Shown here: positions 38,838 to 49,100 of the stretch, piece by piece
Numbering within the stretch: the stretch's first letter is position 1
Layout of the letters: every line of letters starts with the position of its first letter
Assembly: GCA_046597055.1 (NCBI GenBank)
Contig: JBKJLC010000202.1
Location: 1 to 64,000 of the forward strand
Length of the DNA: 64,000 nt
Source of the DNA: Kofleriaceae bacterium
GTDB lineage: Bacteria; Myxococcota_A; Polyangia; Haliangiales; Haliangiaceae
Direction: 5' to 3'
Made by a program: the position numbers and the translations under genes
The notes under the pieces: generated by a model
The model's database searches: none
What the model was told of the DNA's origin: nothing
Seen by the model: the letters and a program-made list of their open reading frames with translations, nothing else

Positions 38838-39995
38838 TCAGAACTGGCCGGCCATCGAGAACAGGAACTGCGGACGTTGGTCGTTGCTGTCGAAGGGGAG
38901 GGCCCAGTCGAAGCGCAGCGGGCCGATCGGGCTGCGCCACAGGAGCCCGGCGCCGACCGAGCGCGCCACGGTGGTGCCGGTCGGGCCCCAGGCGGGATCG
39001 GCGTTGTAGCGGAGGCCGGCGTCCGCGAAGCCGACGACCGACAGGCCGATCCGCGGCCACACCGGCAGCTCCAGCTCGACCTGGCCCTGCGCCTCGCCGT
39101 CGGCGCCGCCGGCCACCAGATGATCGCCGAGCCACACCGGTGCGTCGAGCGTGCCGACCGCGTAGCCGCGCACGTCGGCGTGACCGTCGTGCTGGAGGCG
39201 CTCGCTCAGCGGGAGGCTACCGCCGTCGCGGCTGCGCTGGTACGCGCCGCGGCCGTGGACGCGCAGGGTGAGCGGGCCCAGCGGGCGGGCGTGGTCGAGG
39301 TGGCCACCGACCCGGACGAAGGCGTGCTCGGAGCCGAGCGGGCGGGTGGCGGTCTCGCCGTACAGCTCGAGGCGGGTGCCCCGCCGCGGCGCGGCGTGAT
39401 CGTCGAGCGTGTCGTGGCGGATGCCGGCGGTCAGCGAGGCGATCACGCCGTCACCGAGGACACTGCCGGGCGCCGGGCCGGCCCGCATGGCGCGCTCGGG
39501 CCGGCCGAGATCGACGCGGACGTCCTCGATCTGGTAGCGCAGGTATGTCTCGGTGTGCGGGCCGAGGTGCTGGACCAGGGTGGCGGCGCCGCCGGCCCCT
39601 GCGCGGGTGAGGCCGTGGTGGGCGAGGCTCGTGTTGAACAGCTCGGTGCGCAGCTCGAGGCCGGTGCCGAGGAGGTCGGGGTGGGCGTGCTCGAGCCGGA
39701 ACGCTTGCCGGCGCGCCGACAGCTCGCCCGACAGCGATAGTCGATCGGCGGTGCCGAACAGCCGATCCTGGGACAGCGCGGCGCGCGCGATGAAGCCCTC
39801 GTCGGGGTCGTGGCCGGCGCCCACCACGAAGCGTCCGGTTTTCGGACGGCCGTCCGCGACCGAGATCGGTGCGGGCGCGGCGGCGGGAGGGAGGACGGGC
39901 GCATCGGGCGTGGGCTGGTCCGCGCGCGCGTGCGCCGACCAGCCGACCACGAGCGAGGACGCGGTGATGACCGCGAGCAGGCGTGGCAGCGACAT
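38838..39995 (-). CDS. Omp85/BamA-family barrel lacking POTRA domains
   Basis: Signal peptide then directly TGRFVVGAG..SQDRLFGT, P..GTR, VRGY, WRSPIGPLRFDWA, terminal F. Confidence 0.85.
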   Translation of the reverse strand: MSLPRLLAVITASSLVVGWSAHARADQPTPDAPVLPPAAAPAPISVADGRPKTGRFVVGAGHDPDEGFIARAALSQDRLFGTADRLSLSGELSARRQAFRLEHAHPDLLGTGLELRTELFNTSLAHHGLTRAGAGGAATLVQHLGPHTETYLRYQIEDVRVDLGRPERAMRAGPAPGSVLGDGVIASLTAGIRHDTLDDHAAPRRGTRLELYGETATRPLGSEHAFVRVGGHLDHARPLGPLTLRVHGRGAYQRSRDGGSLPLSERLQHDGHADVRGYAVGTLDAPVWLGDHLVAGGADGEAQGQVELELPVWPRIGLSVVGFADAGLRYNADPAWGPTGTTVARSVGAGLLWRSPIGPLRFDWALPFDSNDQRPQFLFSMAGQF

Positions 39996-40218
39996 GTTGT
40001 GCGCTGTGACCGGCGGCGCGCGATCGGAGTTGCCCGCACGCGATCGCACCCGCCCGCCGCACGCGGGAGAATCGCCGCTCGCACGGCCGGCGCTCGCCCA
40101 CCCGTCAATCTTGCGCCGCAACCGGCCGCCCGTCGCCACACCCTGCCGGTGTCGGCGTCTTGACTTCGGGCCAAGGTCCAGTGACCGTGCAGTCGAGCTG
40201 CTTCCTGAAAGAGGACCG

Positions 40219-41193
40219 ATGATGACGAGCGGGGATGGCGCGTGGGTGTTGGCGGCGTGGGTGTTCTGCAGCGCGACCGGCAGCGGCTCGGTGGATCCCG
40301 GTACCACCGACGGTCCCGCCGCGACCGACGGGTCCACCGCGACCGACGCGTCGACCGAAGCGTCGACCGATGCGATGCCGGTGTGCGACCCGCTCGCGCG
40401 CTTCGACGCGCCGGTGCCGATCCCCGCGCTGGCAACCCCCGCGCTGAACGAGGCCGGCCCGCGGCTGTCGGCGGACGAGCTCACGCTCTACTTCTCCGGC
40501 ACCGCGACCGGCGCCACCACGTCGGATCTGTACGTCGCGCGGCGCGAGACCCGGACCGCGCCGTTCGACGAGCCGACCTTGATGATGGCCCACAGCTCGC
40601 CGGCCCTGGACGTGGATCCCGCGGTGAGCAGCGACGGACTGACGCTGTGGTTCGCGTCGGACCGGGTCGCCAATCAGCCCTATCATCTATATGTGGCGAC
40701 CCGCGGCTCGGTCCTGGCCGAGTTCGGCCTCCCCGGGCTGGCGGCGAACGTCAACGCCAGCGACCTCAGCCAGTCCGACGCACAGCCGTTCGTGACCGCC
40801 GACGGCAGCGAGCTGTGGTTCGGGTCGAGCCGCACGCCCACCATGGGCGGCTACGACCTGTGGCGGGCGCCCCGGTCGGGCGCCGGCTTCGGCACTCCGG
40901 TGAGGGTGGCGGAGCTCGGCTCGTCGGCCCACGACTGGTTCCCGACCCCGAGCGCCGACCGGCTCACGATCTACATCAGCTCGAACCGGACCGGCCCGGG
41001 CACCCGGGGCGGGTTCGACGTCTGGCGGGCGCGCCGCACCACCGTCAACGACGGGTTCGCGGCGCCGACCCTGGTCGAGGAGCTGAGCACGGCCGGCGAT
41101 GACCGCGCGACCTGGCTGTCCGCCGACGGCTGCCGGATGTACGGCGGCGTCAACGGCGACATCTTCGTGGCAACCCGCGCACCCGCGCGGTAG
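40219..41193 (+). CDS. PD40 (WD40-like) repeat beta-propeller protein
   Basis: GAGGA RBS. Repeats PRLSADELTLYF, PAVSSDGLTLWFAS, PFVTADGSELWFGS, PTPSADRLTIYISS. Confidence 0.85.
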   Translation: MMTSGDGAWVLAAWVFCSATGSGSVDPGTTDGPAATDGSTATDASTEASTDAMPVCDPLARFDAPVPIPALATPALNEAGPRLSADELTLYFSGTATGATTSDLYVARRETRTAPFDEPTLMMAHSSPALDVDPAVSSDGLTLWFASDRVANQPYHLYVATRGSVLAEFGLPGLAANVNASDLSQSDAQPFVTADGSELWFGSSRTPTMGGYDLWRAPRSGAGFGTPVRVAELGSSAHDWFPTPSADRLTIYISSNRTGPGTRGGFDVWRARRTTVNDGFAAPTLVEELSTAGDDRATWLSADGCRMYGGVNGDIFVATRAPAR

Positions 41194-41375
41194 GTCCCGC
41201 TCCGCGCCGACGCCTCGCGAGCCAGCGTACCAAGCCGCTCGGGCCTGTGGCGGCGTCCCGCCGCGGATCCTGGCCGCCCAGGCGTCCGCCGGCGGCCGCC
41301 GATGTGGCGCCGATCGCAACTGACGGAGCCCCATCGCCCTTGCGGACGCCGGGGCAAATGGGTTTCATGCCCGCG

Positions 41376-43874
41376 ATGATCGAGCATAAACCCTTCGTCC
41401 CGCCCGAGGCGAACGTCCGTGAGCTGACCCCCATGGCACTCATCGTGGGTGCCTTCCTCGGTCTGGTCTTCGCGCTGTCGTCGGTCTACCTCGGCCTCAA
41501 GGTCGGGCTCACCGTGTCGGCCTCGATCCCGGTCGCGGTGCTGTCGATCACCCTGTTCCGCTGGTTCAAGCTGCGCGGCACGATCCTCGAGAACAACATC
41601 GCGCAGACCACCGGCTCGGCCGGCGAGTCGATCGCGGCCGGCGTCGCGTTCACCCTGCCGTCGCTGCTGCTGATGGGCTTCGACCTCGAGCTGGTCCGCG
41701 TGCTCATGGTCGCGCTGCTCGGCGGCCTGATCGGCGTGCTCATGATGATCCCGCTCCGCCACGGCCTGATCGTGAAGGAGCACGGCAAGCTCGCCTACCC
41801 GGAGGGCACCGCCTGCGCCGACGTGCTGATCGTCGGCGAGAAGGGCGGCACCGAGGCCAAGATGGTGTTCCTCGGCCTGCTGACCGGCCTCGGCTACGCG
41901 TTCCTCAGCCTGATCCTCAAGCTCTGGAAAGAGGGCGCGACCCTGACGCTCGACGTCGGCGGTCGGCTCAAGGCGGCCACGCTCGGGGTCGAGGTGTCGC
42001 CGCCGATGCTCGGCGTCGGCTACATCATCGGCCCCAAGGTCGCCGCCAACATGCTGGGCGGCGGCCTGCTCGCGTTCGTCGTGCTCATCCCGATGATCGT
42101 CTTCTTCGGCGACCCCGAGACCGTCGGCAAGATGTCGCCGGGCGCGATCCGCAACGAGTTCATCCTCTACATCGGCGCCGGCGCGGTCGCCGCCGGTGGC
42201 TTCATCGCGCTGGGCCGCTCGATCCCGACCATCGCGCAGGCGTTCAAGCGGGGCCTCGGCGACCTGCGCACCAGCGATGCCCCGCGCGCCGCGGTCATCC
42301 GCACCGAACGCGACCTGCCGATGACGGTGGTGATCGGCGGCGCGGTCGCGATCGCCCTGACCATCTGGATCGCGCCGATCCTCGAGATCAACCTGATGAC
42401 CGCGCTGCTGGTGGTGCTGTTCGGCTTCTTCTTCGTCACCGTGTCGAGCCGCATCACCGGCGAGATCGGCTCGTCGTCGAACCCGATCTCGGGCATGACC
42501 ATCGCGACCCTGCTCCTGACCTGCGGCCTGTTCGTGCTGCTGGGCTGGACCGGCGTCGAGTACAAGGCGATGGCGCTCACCACCGCCGCCCTGGTCTGCG
42601 TCGCCGCCTCGAACGGCGGCACCATCTCGCAGGACCTCAAGACCGGGTTCCTGGTCGGCGCCACGCCCCGGGCGCAGCAGATCTCGATCCTGGTCGGCGT
42701 GGTGTCGAGCGCCATCCTCATCGGCTTCACGCTGCTGATGCTCAACGACTCGCGCACGACGTACCCGGCGGTGAGCTACCCCGAGTTCACCGTGACCAAG
42801 ATGAGCGACCAGACGCTCGACGGCCCCGACGGCAAGAGCTACCGCGTGGTCTACCTGCGCGACGACATCGCGATCGTGCCCAAGGTCGAGGTCGCCAAGG
42901 GCCGCTACCTGGTGGACGCGACCGGCGCGGTGCGGTTCACCCTCGGGCGCGACGACCAGCCGGTCAAGCGCGAGGTGCCGAACTACGTCGCCCCACCCGC
43001 CGGCGCCGACGCGGTCATGATGGCCGGCCCCGACGGCGTCAGCTACCGCGTCGTCACGCTCGCCGCCTCGTTCAAGGATGCCGGCCGCCACGTGCCGCGC
43101 GGCAAGTACCTGGTCGACGCCAGCATGAAGCTCGCCTACCTGGTCGATCCCGGCGTCAGCGGCAGCTATCCGTACGAGCTCGAGAAGGCCACCGGCACGC
43201 TGCCGCCCGACGTCACCGTGAACGACGAGGACCAGCTGGTGCGCGGCACCACCGTGGTCGGCACCGACCGCGGCACCGAGCTCGGCATCGATCATCGATC
43301 GTACCGCCTGATCGAGCTGGACGACGAGATCGGCGGCCTGCGCCCCGGCCGCTATCTGGTCGACGAGGCTGGCCAGGTCGCCTTCGTCGCGCGCGAGATC
43401 ATCAAGTTCGATGCGCCCAAGGCCCAGCTGTTTCGCCTGATCATCGACGGCACCCTCGGCGGCAGCCTGCCGTGGGGGCTGGTCCTGATGGGCGTGCTGC
43501 TGGCGGTCATCCTCGAGCTGGTCGGGGTTTCGTCGCTGCCGTTCGCGGTCGGCCTGTACCTGCCGATCCACACCTCGGGCGGCATCTTCATCGGCGGCTT
43601 CGTGCGCTGGCTGGTCGACCGCAAGCGCCGCGGCGAGAGCGCGGCCGACGCCGAATTCTCGCCCGGCATGCTGATGGCCTCAGGCCTCATCGCGGGCGGC
43701 GCGATCACCGGCGTGCTCCAGTCGGTCATCTACGCGGCGAAGTGGAACCAGGCGATGGACCTCAGTGGCTTCCTGCCCGCGTCGCTGGCGGCCAACGAGA
43801 CCTGGTGGCCGCTGACGCCGTTCCTGCTGATGGCGGCCGGCCTGTTCTACATCGCGACCCAGAAGCGGAAGTAG
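41376..43874 (+). CDS. OPT family oligopeptide transporter with large inserted soluble domain
   Basis: YLGLKVGLTVSASIP, ENNIAQT, YPEGTACA, NPISGMTIA, QDLKTGFLVGATP, APKA, PFAVGLYLP, ASGLIAG. Confidence 0.93.
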   Translation: MIEHKPFVPPEANVRELTPMALIVGAFLGLVFALSSVYLGLKVGLTVSASIPVAVLSITLFRWFKLRGTILENNIAQTTGSAGESIAAGVAFTLPSLLLMGFDLELVRVLMVALLGGLIGVLMMIPLRHGLIVKEHGKLAYPEGTACADVLIVGEKGGTEAKMVFLGLLTGLGYAFLSLILKLWKEGATLTLDVGGRLKAATLGVEVSPPMLGVGYIIGPKVAANMLGGGLLAFVVLIPMIVFFGDPETVGKMSPGAIRNEFILYIGAGAVAAGGFIALGRSIPTIAQAFKRGLGDLRTSDAPRAAVIRTERDLPMTVVIGGAVAIALTIWIAPILEINLMTALLVVLFGFFFVTVSSRITGEIGSSSNPISGMTIATLLLTCGLFVLLGWTGVEYKAMALTTAALVCVAASNGGTISQDLKTGFLVGATPRAQQISILVGVVSSAILIGFTLLMLNDSRTTYPAVSYPEFTVTKMSDQTLDGPDGKSYRVVYLRDDIAIVPKVEVAKGRYLVDATGAVRFTLGRDDQPVKREVPNYVAPPAGADAVMMAGPDGVSYRVVTLAASFKDAGRHVPRGKYLVDASMKLAYLVDPGVSGSYPYELEKATGTLPPDVTVNDEDQLVRGTTVVGTDRGTELGIDHRSYRLIELDDEIGGLRPGRYLVDEAGQVAFVAREIIKFDAPKAQLFRLIIDGTLGGSLPWGLVLMGVLLAVILELVGVSSLPFAVGLYLPIHTSGGIFIGGFVRWLVDRKRRGESAADAEFSPGMLMASGLIAGGAITGVLQSVIYAAKWNQAMDLSGFLPASLAANETWWPLTPFLLMAAGLFYIATQKRK

Positions 43875-43880
43875 GGGGCC

Positions 43881-43912
43881 GCCGACCTCGCCGCACACGT
43901 GGCGAGGTCGGC
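43881..43912 (+). terminator. Perfect 12-bp stem-loop after the OPT gene
   Basis: GCCGACCTCGCC-N8-GGCGAGGTCGGC starts 6 nt after the stop. No U-tract. Confidence 0.6.
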
Positions 43913-44040
43913 AAGTCACTGAAGGTTGGTCGTGCTGGGGTGGGATGTCTTCCCCCGAGGGGTGGTCTCGAGTCCTCAGGGACCACGGTCCGGCCGGCCC
44001 CATCCGGCTTGATCGAGTCAGATCGTCGGCGGCGCGTGCG

Positions 44041-44056
44041 TGGAATGGTCGTTGCA
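44041..44056 (+). promoter_or_regulatory. Putative sigma-54 promoter
   Basis: TGGAATGGTCGTTGCA has GG-N10-GC spacing with a perfect TTGCA. It lies 33 nt before the ATG at 44090. Confidence 0.55.
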
Positions 44057-44089
44057 CTGTTGAGGCTCGTCCTCACCGAAGGTGCCGCC

Positions 44090-45271
44090 ATGACTCGCTT
44101 CAACAACCTTCTCGCGCCTCTCCTCCTTTCTCTCGCTGCCGCATGCGGCGGTAGCTCGGTCGGCGGCGACGGCCCCTGCGGGCCGGGCAGCACCGACCCC
44201 ATCTGCCAGCAGTCGTGCAACGGCACCGACGCGTTGTGCCCCAGCGGCTTCTACTGCGGACCGGCAGGCACCTGCACCGCCGACTGCACCGCCGGCGGCG
44301 GCGAGTGCGGCCCCGGCCGGAGCTGCGACAACGTCGGCCACTGCTTCGACGACGACAGCGAGCTCGACGCCAACGCGTGCCCCGCCGTGACGGTGTCGCC
44401 GATGCCGCGCATCCCGACCGTGCAGCTCCTGATCGATCAGAGCGGCTCGATGACCCAGGCGTTCGGCAACACCAACCGCTGGGACGCCGTGAAGGCCTCG
44501 CTGATCGCAAACACCGGCGTCATCACCACCCTGCAGGACCGCGTCGTGTTCGGCGCCAGCCTTTACACGTACAACGCGGCGCAGGACACCAGCTGCCCGC
44601 GCATCACCAAGACGCCGCTCCGCGCGCTCAACAACCGCGGCGCGATCGCCACCCTGCTCAACGCCGCAGCGCCAGCGTCCGACACCCCGACCGGCGAGTC
44701 GATCCAGAAGGTGATCCAGGACTTCCAGGCCAACCCGGCGGCCGCGAGCTCGGTGCCGGTGATCCTGCTGGCCACCGACGGCGAGCCCGACCGCTGCGCC
44801 GACCCCGACGGCCACGACAACGTGTCGCGCCAGCTCTCGGTCAGCGCCGCGCAGCAGGCCTACACCGCCGGCATCCGCACCATCGTCCTGTCGGTCGGCA
44901 ACGAGGTCGGTGACGACCACCTGCAGCAGGTCGCCAACGCCGGCGCCGGCAAGCCGCCGACCACCGGCACCGAGCCGTTCTTCAAGGCCAACAACCCGGC
45001 CGAGCTGGCGACCGCGCTCGGGTCGATCCTCACCGGCATCCTGTCGTGCGAGCTCGACCTGTCGGGCACGGTCGACCCCGCCGGCGCCGCCGATGGCTAC
45101 GTGGAGATGAGCGGCGGCGGGTGCGCCCGCACCGGCGCGCTCAGCTACGGCGCCGACTGGGAGCTGGTCGACGACAACACGATCCGCATCCGCGGCACCG
45201 CGTGCGAAGCGCTCAAGGCCGGCCAGTGCAGCCTGCAGGCGACCTTCGCCTGCGGCACGCTCATCAACTGA
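44090..45271 (+). CDS. Cys-rich vWA domain lipoprotein
   Basis: AAAC lipobox, Cys-rich N-terminus, MIDAS DQSGS / TPTG / ATDGEP. Confidence 0.88.
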   Translation: MTRFNNLLAPLLLSLAAACGGSSVGGDGPCGPGSTDPICQQSCNGTDALCPSGFYCGPAGTCTADCTAGGGECGPGRSCDNVGHCFDDDSELDANACPAVTVSPMPRIPTVQLLIDQSGSMTQAFGNTNRWDAVKASLIANTGVITTLQDRVVFGASLYTYNAAQDTSCPRITKTPLRALNNRGAIATLLNAAAPASDTPTGESIQKVIQDFQANPAAASSVPVILLATDGEPDRCADPDGHDNVSRQLSVSAAQQAYTAGIRTIVLSVGNEVGDDHLQQVANAGAGKPPTTGTEPFFKANNPAELATALGSILTGILSCELDLSGTVDPAGAADGYVEMSGGGCARTGALSYGADWELVDDNTIRIRGTACEALKAGQCSLQATFACGTLIN

Positions 45272-45329
45272 GCCACGCCCGGCGCGCCGGCGCGGCTGCC
45301 ACCCGGCGGCGCGCGGGTATAGTCGCGCC

Positions 45330-46145
45330 ATGTCCGCCACCGCCACCGCCGTCGTCACCGGAGCTGCCCGCGGCCTCGGCCGCCTGATCGCCACCTCGCT
45401 CGCCGGCCGTGGCTTCGAGGTGCTGTGCACCGACCTCGACGGCGCGGGCGCCGAGGCGACCGCGCGCGCGATCGGCCGCGGCGCCTGGGGCCTCGGCCAG
45501 GATGTCCGCGATCCGGACAGCCACCGCAAGGTCGCAGCCGCCGCCAGCGCGCGCGGACCGCTCAAGGTGTGGGTCAACAACGCCGGCGTGCTCGCGGTCG
45601 GCGCGGCCTGGAAGGCGACCGAGCTCGAGGTCCGCCGCATGATCGAGGTCAACGTGCTCGGCGTGATGTGGGGATCGCAGGCCGCGGTCGACGCCATGGG
45701 CCCGGCCGGCGGTCACCTCATCAACATCGCGTCGCTGTCGGCCTACGTGCCGGCGCCCGGCATGGCGGTGTACGCGGCCAGCAAGAGCGCGGTGCTCACC
45801 TACACGATCGCGCTGTCGGGCGACCTCCGCCACGCCGGCCTCCCGATCGAGGTCACCGCGATCTGCCCCGACGCGGTCGAGACCGACATGGTGAAGCAGG
45901 TCGCCCACCAGCCGGCCAGCGACATCCTGTTCTCCGCCGGCAGCATGCTGCGCGCCGAGGACGTCGCGGCCGCGGTCATCGCCAGCCTCGATCGCAAGAA
46001 GCTGGTCCGCATCCTGCCCGCCACCCGCGGCGCGATGGCCCACGCGCTCCATCCGTTCCCCGCCCTGGGCCTGCGCCTGCTCGATCGGTTCGCCGCGCTG
46101 GGCGCTCGCCACAAGGCCAAGCGCGGCGCCCCGTCGGCGCGCTGA
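45330..46145 (+). CDS. Short-chain dehydrogenase/reductase
   Basis: TGAARGLG, NNAG, YAASK. Confidence 0.93.
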   Translation: MSATATAVVTGAARGLGRLIATSLAGRGFEVLCTDLDGAGAEATARAIGRGAWGLGQDVRDPDSHRKVAAAASARGPLKVWVNNAGVLAVGAAWKATELEVRRMIEVNVLGVMWGSQAAVDAMGPAGGHLINIASLSAYVPAPGMAVYAASKSAVLTYTIALSGDLRHAGLPIEVTAICPDAVETDMVKQVAHQPASDILFSAGSMLRAEDVAAAVIASLDRKKLVRILPATRGAMAHALHPFPALGLRLLDRFAALGARHKAKRGAPSAR

Positions 46146-46194
46146 CCGCCACGGCGTCCGGTGCCCGGCGGTCCCCCCGAGCCCGGTCGGCGCG

Positions 46195-49100
46195 CTACCA
46201 GCGCCGCGACCACAGCAGGTCGAGGCCGTGGACGCCGTCGCCGGTGACGGCCTCGATCACCAGGCGACGGGCCAGCCAGTACTCGAGCTCGGCCTCGTTG
46301 GTGTTCTGGTCGGCGCGCGCCTCGACCCGGCGGCGGTAGGCGACGTAGAGGTTGCGCGAGAGCCAGCGGCCGGCCTTGAAGGCGGTGCTGGAGCGCGCGG
46401 TCGGCGCCTCGACCGCGAGGGTGTCGACCCGGAACGGCAGGCGATGGATGAACACGCCGGTCAGCGCCGAGGACGCGGTCGAGGTCGCGACCCCGAGCGC
46501 GGCGCCCTCGAGCTCGCCCCCCGGGGACACGCCGGGCGAGCCGCCCAGGACGAAGCTCAGCAGCTCGCCTTGCGAGTAGGTCGACGGGTCCGACCGGAAC
46601 GTGATCACCGGGCGGCTGGCGCGACCGCCGGCGGCGATGAACAGGGTGAGCTCGGGGAAGCTGCGGCTGAGCAGCACGTCGAGCTGCGGATCGATCCCGC
46701 CGTCGAAGATCACCTTGGCCTGCTCGATGCGGTAGCGGCGATCGAGCAGCGTGAGCTCGCCGCGCGGCGCCTCGATGGTGCCATCGACCGCGATCACGTC
46801 GATGCCGACCGAGGCGGTCAGCGCGCCGACCGCCTCGCCGCGCAGGTCGGGCAGCTGGAAGTCGACCGGCTCGATGTCGATGCTCGCGATCAGGAATGGA
46901 TTTTGGGGCCGCAGGTTGGCGCCGAGCCGGGCCCGCGCGCCGGTGCGGCTCGGCGCTCGGTTGCGGCCCCGGGCGCGCGCGCGCCCGCCGGTCCGCGCGT
47001 CGATGACCAGGTCGTCGGGCATCGCGGTCGCGTGGAGATCGGCGCCGCTCTTCTCGGGCACCACCACCCGGCCCTTGCGGACACTGGCGGTGGCCCGCCA
47101 GTGGTCGCCCTCGCGCACGACGTCGACGTGGACCTTGCCGCTGAGGATCGGCTGGAGGGCGTTGACCAGCTGGATCTTGGTCGCGCGCACGTCGATCACG
47201 GCGCGCTCGGGGATCAGCCCGGCCAGCGTGGCCGAGCCATCGAGCTCGACCACCCCGGCGCCGATCCGGCCCTCGAGCGCGAGCGTGGCCTGGCGATCGC
47301 GCAGGGTCAGCTTCACCGACGCGCCCGACAGGGTCCCGATCGCCGGCGCCACCGGCAGCCTGGCCTCGGTGAGCTGGATCAGGCCGCTCGCGACCGCGGT
47401 GGCCGGATCGACGCCGCGGATCTGGACATCGGCGTCGAGCAGCCCGCGCAGATCTTCGCCCGGGCCCGGCAGGAGCGGGGCCAGCCCGGCCAGCTGGTAG
47501 CCGGTGGCGGTGAAGTTGGTCCGGGCCGCAGCGAGCTGCCCGGGCGCGACCGTGCCGCGCAGCGCGAGGCGACCGCCGCTGGGCTGGGCGCCGACGACCT
47601 CGCCGGTGAGAGCCTTGCCGTCCCAGCGGGCGTTCGCGCTCAGCTGGCCAAGGCCGGTGAGCGCGCCGCGCAGATCACGGATCTCGAGGGTCAGCTCGCC
47701 GGTCGGCGCGCCGACGGTGCCAGCGACCTTGGCCGCCAGGTCGACCGTGCCGACCAGGCCGCGGTAGCGGCCGACCGCGCGCGCCAGCGGCGCGAGCGCG
47801 ACCTCGTCCGCGGTCAGGGTGGCGGTCACCGGTGCCGGCCACAGCGCGGCCAGGCCGCGGCGCGCCAGCGCGTCGATCGGGACCTCGACGTGACCGCTGC
47901 CCCGCACCACCCGCAGGCCGCCCAGGCTCGCGACCAGGGTGCCGTCGAGGCCACGCACGCCGACGGTGGCGGTGACCTCGGCGTCGAGCCGCGAGCGCAG
48001 CGGCCCGCCGCGCAGGCCGACCACGCCGACTCGCACCGCGGCGCCGGTCAGGCCGGGCTCGACGTCGAGCTTCAGGCTGAGCCGGCCCAGCCAGCGATCG
48101 GGCAGGCCGAGCCGCGCGGCGATCGGCCCGACCGGCAGGCCCTCGGCCCGGACCGTGGCCGACGCGACCGCGCGCTGATCCAGCCGCGCCCAGGCCGCCA
48201 GATCGAGCGGCCGGGCCGGCGTGGCGATGGTCGCGTCGGCGGTCAGGGCGCCGATGCCCTCGACGTCGATCACCGCGGTGACCGCCATCGGGGCCCCGAC
48301 CTTGCCGTCGAGGGTCAGGGTGGCATCGACCCGCTCAGCCACGCGCGGGCTGGTCAGATCGCGCACGATGATCCGCCCGGTGACGCCAGTGGCGGTCGCG
48401 TGCAGCTCGCCCTCGACCTTGCCGTCGAGCCCGAGCTGGATCCCGGCCAGTCGGCTCAGCGCGGCCAGATCGACCGGCGGGTCGGTGGCCGCGACCGCGC
48501 TGCCGACCCGGAGGTCGGCCCGCACCGCGCGGGCATCGAGCCCGCGCCAGGACACTAGGTCGGTGACGTCGCGCGGCGGCACCACGTCGAGCGCGAACAC
48601 GCCGCCGCCGACCTCGGGTCCGCGCGCGGTGCCGTCGATGGTGATGCGGGTCGGCGACAGCACCGCCGACGCCGACAGATCGATCGCGGGCGCACCCGGG
48701 CGCGGCCGCACCTGGTGCATCGCCACGCCGACCTCGCCGGTCACCCGGCCGGCGCGCATGGCGCCATCGACCGAGACGTCGACCCGACCGCGGGCACCGC
48801 CCAGATCGAGGAGCCGATCGAGCGAGCCCAGCTCGAATCCCTTCAGCTGGGCGCGCACGTCGACGTCACCGGCGCGGCGGCGGCCACCGCCGCGGTGATA
48901 GCTGCCGGCCACGGTGGCGGTGCCACCATCGACCACCACCCGCACGTCGCGGGCATCGATCTGGTGGGGCCGGATCGTCACCAGCCCGCCCTGGGCCCGG
49001 AGGTCGACGTCGCGCACCTTCACGTGGGCGGTACCGAGCGCGATCGCGACCGCGTCCGGCCGGCGATCGACCAGCGCATCGATCGCGACCGGCATCCGGG

